A DNA stretch of 64,000 nucleotides from assembly GCA_008638015.1 (NCBI GenBank), contig VTPD01000002.1, positions 7,724 through 71,723 of the forward strand. Direction: 5' to 3'. Under the pieces are notes generated by a model, which did not search any database, was not told the DNA's origin, and saw nothing but the letters and a program-made list of their open reading frames with translations. The DNA is from Pelagibacteraceae bacterium (lineage in GTDB: Bacteria; Pseudomonadota; Alphaproteobacteria; Pelagibacterales; Pelagibacteraceae). A program made the position numbers and the translations under genes. Positions 49,283 to 59,492 of this stretch are shown here, in pieces. How positions within the stretch are numbered: the stretch's first letter is position 1; each line of letters starts with the position of its first letter.

Positions 49283-51033
49283 TTCATCAATCCGTATCTG
49301 GAAAAAATTGGATACTAGGAAAATATGATGAAAATATAGTAAAAAAGATTACGCAAGATTTCGGGATTAGTGAAATTGTTTCACGATTACTTGCGATAAG
49401 AAAAATTCCTATTGATCAATGTGAGGCTTTTCTAAACCCTAAGATTAAAAATACGATGCCAAATCCATTCGAATTAAAGTCAATGGAGGACGGAACTAAT
49501 TTACTCATTAAACATATAAAAGAAAAAAATAAAATTTGTATTTTTGGTGATTATGATGTTGATGGAGCTTCATCATCAGCTATTTTATCAAAATATTTAA
49601 CATTATTAAAATCAGATAATTTTATTTTTATACCGGACCGTCTTAAAGATGGATATGGACCCACTAAAGCAACGATCGCTAATATTATAGAGCAAGGTGC
49701 AAAATTAATTATAGCAGTAGATTGTGGAACAACATCTTTTGAGGCAATTGAATTCGCAAAGCAGCATAATCGGGATGTAATAGTGATTGATCATCATCAA
49801 TCTGTAGAAAAATTACCCCCTGCTGACGCGATAATAAATCCTAATAGATTCGATGAAAATTCTGATCTTAAATTTTTGTGCGCAGCTGGAGTTTCTTTTT
49901 TATTCATTTCAGCACTAAGTAATAAATTAAGAAAAGAAAATTTTTTTATTAATAATGATATTGTAGAACCAGATTTATTAAGTTTTTTAGATTTGGTCAC
50001 TTTTGGAACTGTGTGTGACGTTGTTCCATTATTCGGATTAAATCGATCTTTTGTTTTTCAAGGATTAAAAGTTATAGCGAATAGAAATAATCTAGGAATT
50101 AAAACACTTGCCGATTTAACTAATTTAAATTCAAAAATAGATACTTATCATATTGGTTACATTCTTGGACCAAAAATCAATGCAGGAGGAAGAATTGGAA
50201 AATCAGATTATGGTGTAAATTTATTTCTCACACAAGATCCAGAACAAGCTTTCAAGATATCTTCAGAATTATCTAAGTTAAATGAAAAAAGAAAAACTAT
50301 TGAAAATTTAATTTTAGAAGAGGCTACTGTTGCTGCAAAGTTGAAAGATAATTTACCTATTATTGTTATTCAGTCCCAAAAATGGCACGAAGGTATTATA
50401 GGTATTATTGCCAGTAGAATTAAAGAACATTTTAATAAACCCGCTTTTATAATCAATATTCAAGGTGATGAAGCTAAAGGTTCTGCAAGATCCATCGCTG
50501 GATTTGATATAGGTGCTGCAATTATAAAAATTAAACAAAAAGGAATAATTGCTAAAGGTGGAGGTCACAAAATGGCAGCTGGGTTTTCAATGAAAAAAGA
50601 TAAGATTGATGATTTTGAAAATGAAATAATTAAGATTTTTAATCAATCTGGATGTCAATCTTCTAAAGAAAAAGATTTATATATCGATACTGTTATTTCA
50701 GCCTCTGCTCTTAATGAAGATTTTTTTGACCAAATTAATCAATTAGCTCCATTTGGCTCTGGTAATAGAGAGCCAAAATTTATTATTAAAAATATCCAAG
50801 TTACTAAATCAATGCTTCTAAAAAATTTACATGTTAAAGCCTTTTGTAAAACAGAAAATAATCAAAATTTAAATGTGATTTCATTTAATTCATCGGAAAA
50901 TACAATAGGAACATATTTATTAAATCCAAAAAATAAGATGTTCGACTTTGCAGGTAGGTTGTCTTTAAATGAGTGGAATGGAAAAAAAGAAGTCCAATTC
51001 ATCTTAGATGACTTAGCATTGGCTACAAACTAG
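49279..51033 (+). CDS. recJ: Single-stranded DNA exonuclease RecJ
   Basis: GDYDVDG, VDCG, IDHH, GPKINAGGR, GGGHKMAAG, LAPFG. Confidence 0.97.
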   Translation: MIHQSVSGKNWILGKYDENIVKKITQDFGISEIVSRLLAIRKIPIDQCEAFLNPKIKNTMPNPFELKSMEDGTNLLIKHIKEKNKICIFGDYDVDGASSSAILSKYLTLLKSDNFIFIPDRLKDGYGPTKATIANIIEQGAKLIIAVDCGTTSFEAIEFAKQHNRDVIVIDHHQSVEKLPPADAIINPNRFDENSDLKFLCAAGVSFLFISALSNKLRKENFFINNDIVEPDLLSFLDLVTFGTVCDVVPLFGLNRSFVFQGLKVIANRNNLGIKTLADLTNLNSKIDTYHIGYILGPKINAGGRIGKSDYGVNLFLTQDPEQAFKISSELSKLNEKRKTIENLILEEATVAAKLKDNLPIIVIQSQKWHEGIIGIIASRIKEHFNKPAFIINIQGDEAKGSARSIAGFDIGAAIIKIKQKGIIAKGGGHKMAAGFSMKKDKIDDFENEIIKIFNQSGCQSSKEKDLYIDTVISASALNEDFFDQINQLAPFGSGNREPKFIIKNIQVTKSMLLKNLHVKAFCKTENNQNLNVISFNSSENTIGTYLLNPKNKMFDFAGRLSLNEWNGKKEVQFILDDLALATN

Positions 51034-51083
51034 TTAACTTTTTAATTGATTAATTCTTAGATTATCACTAAAAAGCAACTCAC

Positions 51084-51158
51084 GGTCCCTTCGTCTATCG
51101 GTTAGGACAGCTGGTTTTCATCCTGCAAAGAGGGGTTCGATTCCCCTAGGGACCGCCA
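51084..51158 (+). tRNA. tRNA-Glu (TTC)
   Basis: Acceptor GGTCCCT/AGGGACC, loop TTTTCAT, T-arm AGGGG-TTCGATT-CCCCT, encoded CCA. Confidence 0.95.
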
Positions 51159-51160
51159 CT

Positions 51161-51715
51161 TTATTGCAGAATAGAGTTAATCTTATTTTTTATTTTTTTA
51201 CTGCTTGGATTAGTTATTGAACTATATACGTCTTCAATTTTGCCAGATTTGTTGATTAAAACTTTATAAAAATTCCATTTAGGAACACCAGATTTTCCGT
51301 AGTTTTCTTCAACCCACTTATAAAAAGGATGACCTGTATCACCTAATATATTTGTTTTTGCCATAATAGGGAATGTGATACCAAAATTAGTCTCGCAAAA
51401 TTTTTTTATTTCTTTGTTAGACCCTGGCTCTTGATTACCAAAATCATTTGAAGGTACGCCAATTATTATCAAGCCTTTACTTTTGTTTTCATCATATAAT
51501 TTTTGTAAATCAGCATATTGTTTTGTAAAACCGCAACGACTAGCAACATTAACTACAAGTATTACTTTTCCTTTATATTGATCTAAAGAATAATCTTGTT
51601 CATTATTATCTTTAAAAGAAAAATCATATGCAAGCTTTTTATAATTAGCAGATGCAGAGGAAAAGAAATTAAACATAAAAATTAATAAAATAAATATTTT
51701 AAAAAATTTAGACAT
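51161..51715 (-). CDS. Glutathione peroxidase family protein (Cys type, with signal peptide)
   Basis: NVASRCGFT, PSNDFGNQEPG, KWNFYK. Confidence 0.95.
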   Translation of the reverse strand: MSKFFKIFILLIFMFNFFSSASANYKKLAYDFSFKDNNEQDYSLDQYKGKVILVVNVASRCGFTKQYADLQKLYDENKSKGLIIIGVPSNDFGNQEPGSNKEIKKFCETNFGITFPIMAKTNILGDTGHPFYKWVEENYGKSGVPKWNFYKVLINKSGKIEDVYSSITNPSSKKIKNKINSILQ

Positions 51716-52904
51716 TTTTTTTTGTGGTTAGCATTAATATTGCATAACCCAAAATTGTAGATAAAAGTGATCCTAATAAAACACCTATTTTAACTTCATC
51801 CATATATGGTGAGTTTGGAAAAGCTAAATTTCCAACGAACAAACTCATTGTAAAACCAATTCCAGTTAAAACGCCCACTCCATAAAAACTCATCCAATTT
51901 GAATTTGCAGGCTTTTCGGCCCAACCAAGTTTTATAGACAGTAGTGAGAATGAAAAGACTCCAATTTGCTTACCAACAAATAGACCAACTAATACACCTA
52001 ATGTTACATGGTCTAATAATAAAGCCATCGACGCACCTTCTAATTTTACCCCTGCATTTGCAAAAGCAAAAATAGGCATAATTAGAAATGAAACATAAGG
52101 TGCAATAGAGTGTTCTAGAATTTTGAGCATAGAATTATGATGCGAGTTATCTTTTTTGTGTGGTATGGAAATTGCCAATAAAACACCTGATATCGTTGCG
52201 TGAATTCCACTTTCATGCGTAAAAAACCACATGACAGAACCTATAATCAAGTAAGGTAAAAATTTGCTAACTCCCGTTTTATTTAAAATCATTAATGTTG
52301 CAAAAGATGCAAACATTAAAAATAAATATAATAAATTTAAATCTGATGAATAAAAAATAGCTATAATGACAATTGCACCAAGATCATCAATGATAGCTAA
52401 AGCTACTAGAAATACTTTTAAGGATATAGGAACTCTTTTACCAAGCAGAGATAATACACCTATTGAAAAAGCAATATCAGTAGCGGAGGGTATAGCCCAT
52501 CCTTTTAAGGTATCTGCTGTATTAATGTTAAAAGCGACATAAATTAGCGCTGGTACCAACATACCACCTATTGCTCCAGCAATAGGAAGTGCTGCTTGAG
52601 TAGGCTTTGATAGCTCACCTTCTAAAAATTCTCTTTTAATCTCAAGACCTACTACCAAAAAGAAGATTGCCATTAAGGCATCATTAATCCAATGGAAAAT
52701 CGATAATTTTAATGAAAATGAACCAATTCCAATAGATACATATTTTTTTAAAATTGCAAAATATTCATCAGAAAATCCTGAGTTGCTTATTAATAAAGCT
52801 AAAACGGTCATCACCAATAAGACAATACCAGCAGAGGTTTCGTGCTTAATAAACCATTTAATAAATGAAGAAGCTTTTTGTATCATGGACGCCTTTAATA
52901 ACAC
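51708..52904 (-). CDS. nhaA: Na+/H+ antiporter NhaA
   Basis: HWINDALMAIFF, GLEIKRE, GWAIPSATDIAF, ALAIIDDLGA, GIGFTMSLF. Confidence 0.97.
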   Translation of the reverse strand: MLLKASMIQKASSFIKWFIKHETSAGIVLLVMTVLALLISNSGFSDEYFAILKKYVSIGIGSFSLKLSIFHWINDALMAIFFLVVGLEIKREFLEGELSKPTQAALPIAGAIGGMLVPALIYVAFNINTADTLKGWAIPSATDIAFSIGVLSLLGKRVPISLKVFLVALAIIDDLGAIVIIAIFYSSDLNLLYLFLMFASFATLMILNKTGVSKFLPYLIIGSVMWFFTHESGIHATISGVLLAISIPHKKDNSHHNSMLKILEHSIAPYVSFLIMPIFAFANAGVKLEGASMALLLDHVTLGVLVGLFVGKQIGVFSFSLLSIKLGWAEKPANSNWMSFYGVGVLTGIGFTMSLFVGNLAFPNSPYMDEVKIGVLLGSLLSTILGYAILMLTTKKNV

Positions 52905-52975
52905 GATATTTTAATTAATGAAATTGAATTCCTTTTCAATTACTAAAAATCTATGTATATAACTGCTGTTCTAGT

Positions 52976-53052
<77 letters not shown>

Positions 53053-53059
53053 TAACTTT

Positions 53060-53344
53060 ATGAAAAAAGCTAAAATTTATAATCCTTCGAAGACAGCGAT
53101 GCAGTCAGGTACCGCAAAAACCAAATATTGGATTTTAGAGTTTAATAAAGAAAATTTCGAAACAGATTACTTAATGGGATGGAATGCATCAAGAGATACC
53201 CAAAAACAAGTTAAACTAAAGTTCGAAAGCAAAGAAGAGGCAATTAATTATGCAAATAAACACAATATTCCTTTTGATTTATTAGAATCTAAAAAAAGAA
53301 AAATTATTATCAAATCGTACGCTGATAATTTTTTAAAAAATTAA
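53060..53344 (+). CDS. ETC complex I accessory subunit homolog (NDUFS4-like)
   Basis: AKIYNPSKTAMQSG, W.LEF, LMGW...DTQKQVKLKF...EEAI.YA; start revised to ATG 53060 (ORF-track start lies inside tRNA-Pro). Confidence 0.9.
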   Translation: MKKAKIYNPSKTAMQSGTAKTKYWILEFNKENFETDYLMGWNASRDTQKQVKLKFESKEEAINYANKHNIPFDLLESKKRKIIIKSYADNFLKN

Positions 53345-53354
53345 TTAATTATTA

Positions 53355-54323
53355 ATGCTTAAAAGTTTTTTTTTAAATAAGAAATGGCTTTTGTGGTCAT
53401 GGGGTGGAGGATCGTTGTTAGTTCTTTCCTTACTTATTCAAGTAACCATTACTGTAAAAATAAATCAATGGTACAAAGGTTTTTACGACATTCTGCAAAA
53501 ACCAATGGAGTCGTCACTGGCTATTTTTTGGGATAAAATTTTTGAATTTGTATACCTTGCTCTACCTTATGTAATCTTAGCAACTTTTACAGCTTACTTC
53601 ACGAGATTATATGCCTTTAGATGGAGAGAAGCCATAACCTTTGACTACATGCCAATCTGGACATCCGGAAGAGTTAAAGTTGAGGGGTCTGCTCAGCGAT
53701 TACAGGAAGACACAATGCGATTTGCAAAAATTGTTGAAAGCCTTGGACTGCAAGTAGTTAGGGCAGTTATGACCCTGATTGCATTTACACCAATTCTTTG
53801 GTCACTTTCAGATAAAGTCGACATTGTTTTTTTAAAAGATATTCCTGGCTCATTAGTTTGGGTTGCTTTTTTAACTAGTCTAGGCAGTTTGTTAATCAGC
53901 TGGTTAGTGGGATGGAAACTTCCCGGATTAGAATATAATAATCAAAAAGTTGAAGCTAAATTTAGAAAAGAACTTGTTTATGGTGAAGATGATAGAGATA
54001 CATACGCTAAACCTGATACTATTTTACAATTATTTTCAGGAATAAAATTTAATTATCACAGGCTTTTTTTACATTACGGTTATTTTGATATTTGGGTTAA
54101 TTTATATGATCAATTTATGGTTATAGTTCCTTACTTAGTGATGGCACCAGGTTTGTTTACTGGAGCGATAACTTTAGGATTTGTTATACAGGTTTCAAAT
54201 GCATTCCAACGTGTTCATGGAAGCTTTTCTTTATTTACTCATAACTGGACTACAATTACAGAACTAAGATCTATTCATAAACGATTAGCTGAATTTGAAA
54301 TTGCTATTGGTTATAGAAAATAA
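53355..54323 (+). CDS. SbmA/BacA-like membrane transporter (no ATPase domain)
   Basis: INQWYKGFYD, FRWREAIT, EGSAQRLQEDT, YNNQKVEAKFRKELV, ITLG..Q..NAF.RV, W.TI.EL.SI.KRL. Confidence 0.85.
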   Translation: MLKSFFLNKKWLLWSWGGGSLLVLSLLIQVTITVKINQWYKGFYDILQKPMESSLAIFWDKIFEFVYLALPYVILATFTAYFTRLYAFRWREAITFDYMPIWTSGRVKVEGSAQRLQEDTMRFAKIVESLGLQVVRAVMTLIAFTPILWSLSDKVDIVFLKDIPGSLVWVAFLTSLGSLLISWLVGWKLPGLEYNNQKVEAKFRKELVYGEDDRDTYAKPDTILQLFSGIKFNYHRLFLHYGYFDIWVNLYDQFMVIVPYLVMAPGLFTGAITLGFVIQVSNAFQRVHGSFSLFTHNWTTITELRSIHKRLAEFEIAIGYRK

Positions 54324-54325
54324 AT

Positions 54326-56392
54326 TTATCCCGTATCTATAATATTTAGAATTTTATCTTTTTTAAATATTTTTAATAATTTGCTATATCTTTTTTCAAT
54401 TTCAATTTCCTTTGTTTGTTCGGTTTCAATTTGATGTTTTGCAAGCTCAAATAGATCATTGTGATATGCGGGATCTGCAATTAAAAAATCTTTCTCACCA
54501 CTTTGCTTGTATCCAATAATATCTCCAAAACCTCTAAGTTTTAAATCTTCTTCAGAAATATAAAAACCATCCATAGAAGATTTTAAAATTTGGATTCTTT
54601 TTCTTCCATTTTCACCGATATTTGATGCATATAACAAAAGACAAGACCCATCTTTAGTTCCTCTTCCAACCCTACCTCTTAATTGATGTAATTGGGATAA
54701 TCCAAATCGTTCAGAATTTTCTATTATTATTGTATTGGCATTAGGATTATCAATACCAACTTCAATTACTGTTGTAGAAACGATTAGTTTAGTTTTGCCA
54801 TCTACAAATTTTTTCATTTCAAGATCTTTTTCCTCATTGCTAAGTGATCCATGAATTAACCCGATATTATATTTTAATTTTTTCTTTAAAAAATTAAATC
54901 TAGTAACTGCAGAAGAGAGTTTAGTTAGTTTTTCACTATCTTCAATTAATGGACATACCCAATAAATTTGATCTCCTTCATACAATTTGTTTTCAACAAA
55001 TTTCATTATTTCATCTATTTTGTCTAAAGATTTAGATAATGTTGAAATGTTAGTATTTCTAAATGGCTTTTCTTTAATTGTAGAAATATCCATCTCACCA
55101 TAGGTTGTTAAAATTAGAGTTCTGGGTATTGGTGTTGCTGTCATTAATAATACGTCTGTATTAATATTTCCTTTTAAAGATAAATTAATTCTTTGCTGAA
55201 CCCCAAATTTATGCTGTTCATCAATGACAATTAAACCGAGATTGTTGAAAATAGTTTTTTCTTGAAAAAGGGAGTGTGTACCAATAGCTATATCAATATT
55301 GCTACTTTCTATTTGAGATCTAACTTTTTGCTGTTCAGATAATTTTGTTTTTCCTGATAATAAACTTATATTTATATTTTCGTCAGCCAATATAGTCTTA
55401 AATAACTTATAGTGTTGTTTTGCCAATAAATCAGTTGGACATAAAAAAGCTACTTGATATCCTGATTTAACGACCGTAGCTGCCGCAAGCATTGCAACGA
55501 CAGTTTTTCCACTACCTACGTCACCCTGCAAAACTCTTAGCATTTTTTTTACAGATGAAAGATCATTAAATATTTCATCTAAAACTTTTTCTTGTCCTTG
55601 TGTTAATTGGAATGAAAGTTTTTTTTTTATATTAGTTAGAATTATATTATTTATGGTTTTTGGTTTTTTTTGTAATTTTTTTATTCTTTTTTTTATTTCA
55701 GAAAATATTAAAAAATTACTAAAAATCTCATCATAAGCTAATCTTTTGTAAAATTTAGATTCTTTATCAATGTCAGATAAATTTTCAGGATTGTGTAATC
55801 TAAATATCGATTCGTACCATGTTGGCCAATTTAATTTTTTTATAAAATCTTTATCATGCCACTCATCTATCTCAGAAAGTTTTTTTATTTCCTCATTATA
55901 TATTTTTTGGATAGTTTTAGCCGATATTCCGGTAACCGAAGAATATTTGGCCATAATTTTCTTAATATCATTTTCTTTTTCAACTGACTGAATATATTCG
56001 GGATTTGTAATTTGAAATTTATTTTTATAAACATTAACTTTACCACTAATTATAACTTCATTATTTAAAGGTAAAATTTGTTTAATATAATTTTCTCTTG
56101 AGTTAAAAAAAATAATATCGATTTGTCCATACTCATCTTTGCATGTAACTTTATTTGGTAAATTTCTAAATCTAGGGATGTTATATTTGATAGGGGTTAC
56201 AAAAATGGTTGAAACTTTACCAACTTCTAATTGATCCAATTTAGGACAAAATCTTCGATCAATAGCTCCGGTTGGTAAATTTAAAAATAGATCTATTTTA
56301 TTAGTTATGCCTTTATCCAATAATTTTTTGCTTATAATAGGTCCAACACCTTTGATTTTATTAACAGGACTAAATAAATCATCAAAATTCAT
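54326..56392 (-). CDS. recG: ATP-dependent DNA helicase RecG
   Basis: LQGDVGSGKT, IDEQHKFGV, MTATPIPR, GLSQLHQLRGRVGRG, EEDLKLRG. Confidence 0.98.
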   Translation of the reverse strand: MNFDDLFSPVNKIKGVGPIISKKLLDKGITNKIDLFLNLPTGAIDRRFCPKLDQLEVGKVSTIFVTPIKYNIPRFRNLPNKVTCKDEYGQIDIIFFNSRENYIKQILPLNNEVIISGKVNVYKNKFQITNPEYIQSVEKENDIKKIMAKYSSVTGISAKTIQKIYNEEIKKLSEIDEWHDKDFIKKLNWPTWYESIFRLHNPENLSDIDKESKFYKRLAYDEIFSNFLIFSEIKKRIKKLQKKPKTINNIILTNIKKKLSFQLTQGQEKVLDEIFNDLSSVKKMLRVLQGDVGSGKTVVAMLAAATVVKSGYQVAFLCPTDLLAKQHYKLFKTILADENINISLLSGKTKLSEQQKVRSQIESSNIDIAIGTHSLFQEKTIFNNLGLIVIDEQHKFGVQQRINLSLKGNINTDVLLMTATPIPRTLILTTYGEMDISTIKEKPFRNTNISTLSKSLDKIDEIMKFVENKLYEGDQIYWVCPLIEDSEKLTKLSSAVTRFNFLKKKLKYNIGLIHGSLSNEEKDLEMKKFVDGKTKLIVSTTVIEVGIDNPNANTIIIENSERFGLSQLHQLRGRVGRGTKDGSCLLLYASNIGENGRKRIQILKSSMDGFYISEEDLKLRGFGDIIGYKQSGEKDFLIADPAYHNDLFELAKHQIETEQTKEIEIEKRYSKLLKIFKKDKILNIIDTG

Positions 56393-56425
56393 TGATATCT
56401 TTCAAATTAATTTTAAAATTGAATT

Positions 56426-56689
56426 ATGATTACTAACATAGAGAACTTTAGAAAAAAACTTCTGTTCAGATCTACACACAGAGGTACTAAGGAGATGGAT
56501 TTATTATTAGGGGGTTTTTTTAAAGAAAATCAAAATAGTTTATCCGAGAATGAGCTATTAGAATTTGAAAAAATTTTAGAATTTACCGACAAATCACTCA
56601 GTGACTGGTTAATTTTTGAAAAACCTAATAATGACCTAACTAATTTTTTAATTTCAAAAAAAATTAAAGACTTTAAAATTAAGCCTTAA
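56426..56689 (+). CDS. sdhE: Succinate dehydrogenase flavinylation factor
   Basis: RKKLLFRSTHRGTKEMDLLL (RGxxE motif); divergent from recG. Confidence 0.92.
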   Translation: MITNIENFRKKLLFRSTHRGTKEMDLLLGGFFKENQNSLSENELLEFEKILEFTDKSLSDWLIFEKPNNDLTNFLISKKIKDFKIKP

Positions 56690-56739
56690 AACAAGGAAAT
56701 ATTGTTGTTTAATTAAATAATATAGTTTAAAAACTCCAC

Positions 56740-57021
56740 ATGGATTCAAAAGCAATTGGTCAATTTATACCGCTAATATTAATTTTTGTAATTTTTTACT
56801 TTTTGTTGATTAGGCCTCAGCAAAGAAAAGTAAAAGAGCATAAAGCTATGGTTGAAGCTGTTGCAAGAGGGGATATGGTTGTCGCTGCAGGTGGTCTGAT
56901 TGGGAAAGTTGCTAGGGTTCTAGAGGATGACAAAGTTGAACTCGAAATATCTGATAATCTTTCTATTAAAGTAATTAAATCATCTATATCAGCCGTACTA
57001 AGCAAAACTGAACCAAAATAA
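56740..57021 (+). CDS. yajC: Preprotein translocase subunit YajC
   Basis: IFYFLLIRPQQRK, GD.VVAAGGLIG. Confidence 0.96.
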   Translation: MDSKAIGQFIPLILIFVIFYFLLIRPQQRKVKEHKAMVEAVARGDMVVAAGGLIGKVARVLEDDKVELEISDNLSIKVIKSSISAVLSKTEPK

Positions 57022-57026
57022 ATTCA

Positions 57027-58583
57027 GTGTTATATTTTTCGCGTTTTAAAAAATTCGCTATCTATGGATTGTTACTTTGCGCAATCTATTTTTTTATTCC
57101 AAATTTTATAAATATTAATAATTCAGCTGTTTTTTCTAATAAGAAAGTAAATTTGGGTCTTGATTTACAAGGCGGTTCATATTTATTATTAGAAATTGAT
57201 TCATCTCCCTTACTTGAGCAAAGATATCAAATTAAAAGTTTAGAAATAAGAAGAAAGCTTAGATCTGAAAAATTAAATTATAACAATTTTGTTATTAATA
57301 AAAATAAAATTACATTTAGCTATGATCTCAAAGATAAAGATAAAATTTTACAAATTTTAAATAGCAACGAAATAAACCAAAAAATTAATCAAACAGGTAA
57401 GGAATTTGAAATTAATATTAATGCTAATATAATTACGTTAAATTTTACAACCGATTTAATTAATTTAATAAAAAAAAATGCATTAGAACAATCTATCGAG
57501 ATAGTACGTAATAGAGTTGACGAAATAGGAACTAAGGAACCCAACATTGTTACGAGGGGAGTAGATAGGGTTTTGGTAGAGTTACCAGGTTTAAAAGATC
57601 CTTCTGAAATTAAAAAACTTTTAGGAAAAACAGCAAAATTAACTTTTAGATTCCTTTCAAACCAGAATGCTGAGGATGGAATGGGATCAGAAGTGTTAAG
57701 TGCCGCAAATAACAAGGAATTAAAATATAACGTTGAAAGAAAAATCATTATATCAGGAGAAAATTTAATTGATGCGCAGCCAGGTTTTGATCAAATTAGC
57801 AATTCTTCAGTAGTAAACTTTAAATTAGATAACTTAGGTGCTAAAAAATTTGCTCTTTCAACAAAAAATAATATTGGAAGAAATTTAGCTATAATTTTAG
57901 ATAATGAAGTTGTTAGCGCCCCAGTTATTAGAGATGCAATTGTTACTGGGAATGGTCAAATATCAGGAAATTTTTCAGTTCCAGAAGCAAACAATTTAGC
58001 CATTTTATTAAGATCAGGCGCTTTACCGGCGCCTTTAAATATTATTGAGGAAAGAACCGTTGGTCCAGATTTAGGAAAAGATTCAATTGAGAAAGGTGTC
58101 TTGTCTTTAATTATTGGATTTATTTTGGTCGTTATCTACATGGTATTCAATTACCGAATTTTTGGGCTAATCGCCAATGTGTCTTTAATTGCTAATTTAA
58201 TTTTAATTATTGCTGTTCTCACTCTTATGGGTGCCACATTAACGTTACCAGGGATAGCTGGAATTATTTTGACAGTCGGTATGGCTGTCGACTCAAACGT
58301 ATTAATATATGAAAGAATTAAAGAGGAGCTGAAAGTCGAAAATAATAATTTAATTGCTTTTGATACAGCATATAAAAAAGTATTAACAACTATTTTAGAT
58401 TCTAATATTACCACTTTAATTGCCGCTATTGTTTTGTATTTTATTGGCACAGGTCCAATTAAAGGTTTTGCAGTTACTCTTGCGGTTGGAATTTTTTCTA
58501 CTTTTTTTACAACTTATACTTTTGGAAGGTTATTAACTTCAGAATATATAAAAAAACGAAAAAACGATTTAATTAAAATATAA
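57027..58583 (+). CDS. secD: Protein translocase subunit SecD
   Basis: LGLDLQGG, IVRNRVDEIG, LAILLRSGALPAPL, TLPGIAGIILTVGMAVDSNV; GTG start. Confidence 0.97.
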   Translation: MLYFSRFKKFAIYGLLLCAIYFFIPNFININNSAVFSNKKVNLGLDLQGGSYLLLEIDSSPLLEQRYQIKSLEIRRKLRSEKLNYNNFVINKNKITFSYDLKDKDKILQILNSNEINQKINQTGKEFEININANIITLNFTTDLINLIKKNALEQSIEIVRNRVDEIGTKEPNIVTRGVDRVLVELPGLKDPSEIKKLLGKTAKLTFRFLSNQNAEDGMGSEVLSAANNKELKYNVERKIIISGENLIDAQPGFDQISNSSVVNFKLDNLGAKKFALSTKNNIGRNLAIILDNEVVSAPVIRDAIVTGNGQISGNFSVPEANNLAILLRSGALPAPLNIIEERTVGPDLGKDSIEKGVLSLIIGFILVVIYMVFNYRIFGLIANVSLIANLILIIAVLTLMGATLTLPGIAGIILTVGMAVDSNVLIYERIKEELKVENNNLIAFDTAYKKVLTTILDSNITTLIAAIVLYFIGTGPIKGFAVTLAVGIFSTFFTTYTFGRLLTSEYIKKRKNDLIKI

Positions 58584-58587
58584 TATT

Positions 58588-59490
58588 ATGAATTTTTACG
58601 ACAAAACATATAATTTTTTGAAATATAAAACTTTTTTTATCTCTATCTCATTAATTTTATTTTTGAGTTCTGTTTTTTTCTTTGCCTTTAAAGGATTGAA
58701 TTACGGCGTAGATTTTAAAGGCGGAACTGTTATTGAAATGAAATTTGATAATACTTTTAGTTCGGATCGCTTAAGGAATTCATTAAATAAATTAAATTTA
58801 GGCGATGTTAAGGTAAAAGAGTTTGGTTCAAATATTGAATTTTTAGCAACTATTGAAAAAAAGGGTGATAATAATTTTATTTCCACAATTAAAAATCATT
58901 TAGAAAAAGATTTATCTCAAACAATTAATTTTAGAAGAGTAGAGGTAGTAGGGTCAAAAATCAGTGAGGAGTTAACAAAAGCAGGAATTTATTCAGTTGT
59001 TATTGCATTATTATTAATGCTTTTTTATATTTGGGTAAGATTTGAGTGGCAATTCAGTCTCGGAGCAATCATTGCTTTAGTTCATGATGTAATTATTACT
59101 ATAGGTGCTTTTAGTGTTGTTGGCTATGAATTTGGCTTGTCAATAGTTGCAGCGGTTTTAACTATTGTTGGTTATTCTATGAACGATACGGTTGTTATAT
59201 ATGACCGCATACGTGAATATTTAAAAAAAGATGATCAAAAAGATTTACAAGAATTAATTAATGAATCGCTCAATTCCACATTATCCAGAACCCTTAAAAC
59301 TTCGCTTACAACTTTATTAGCATTAGTATCAATTTATTTTTTTGGTGGAGAGATTTTGAAAGGTTTTTCATTTGCTTTAATATGGGGAGTGTTAATTGGT
59401 ACTTACTCTTCAATCTTTGTTGCAGCTCCAGTTTTAATTTATTTTAACGTTAAACGTGATTGGAGTGAAAAAGTAGATAATACGCCCTAA
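58588..59490 (+). CDS. secF: Protein translocase subunit SecF
   Basis: NYGVDFKGG, HDVII, GYSMNDTVVIYDRIRE, TLSRT, GTYSSIF. Confidence 0.97.
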   Translation: MNFYDKTYNFLKYKTFFISISLILFLSSVFFFAFKGLNYGVDFKGGTVIEMKFDNTFSSDRLRNSLNKLNLGDVKVKEFGSNIEFLATIEKKGDNNFISTIKNHLEKDLSQTINFRRVEVVGSKISEELTKAGIYSVVIALLLMLFYIWVRFEWQFSLGAIIALVHDVIITIGAFSVVGYEFGLSIVAAVLTIVGYSMNDTVVIYDRIREYLKKDDQKDLQELINESLNSTLSRTLKTSLTTLLALVSIYFFGGEILKGFSFALIWGVLIGTYSSIFVAAPVLIYFNVKRDWSEKVDNTP

Positions 59491-59492
59491 TT

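Noticed and set aside
51161-51715. Possible selenocysteine glutathione peroxidase
   Set aside because: The active site is an ordinary Cys (NVASRCG) and the ORF is uninterrupted
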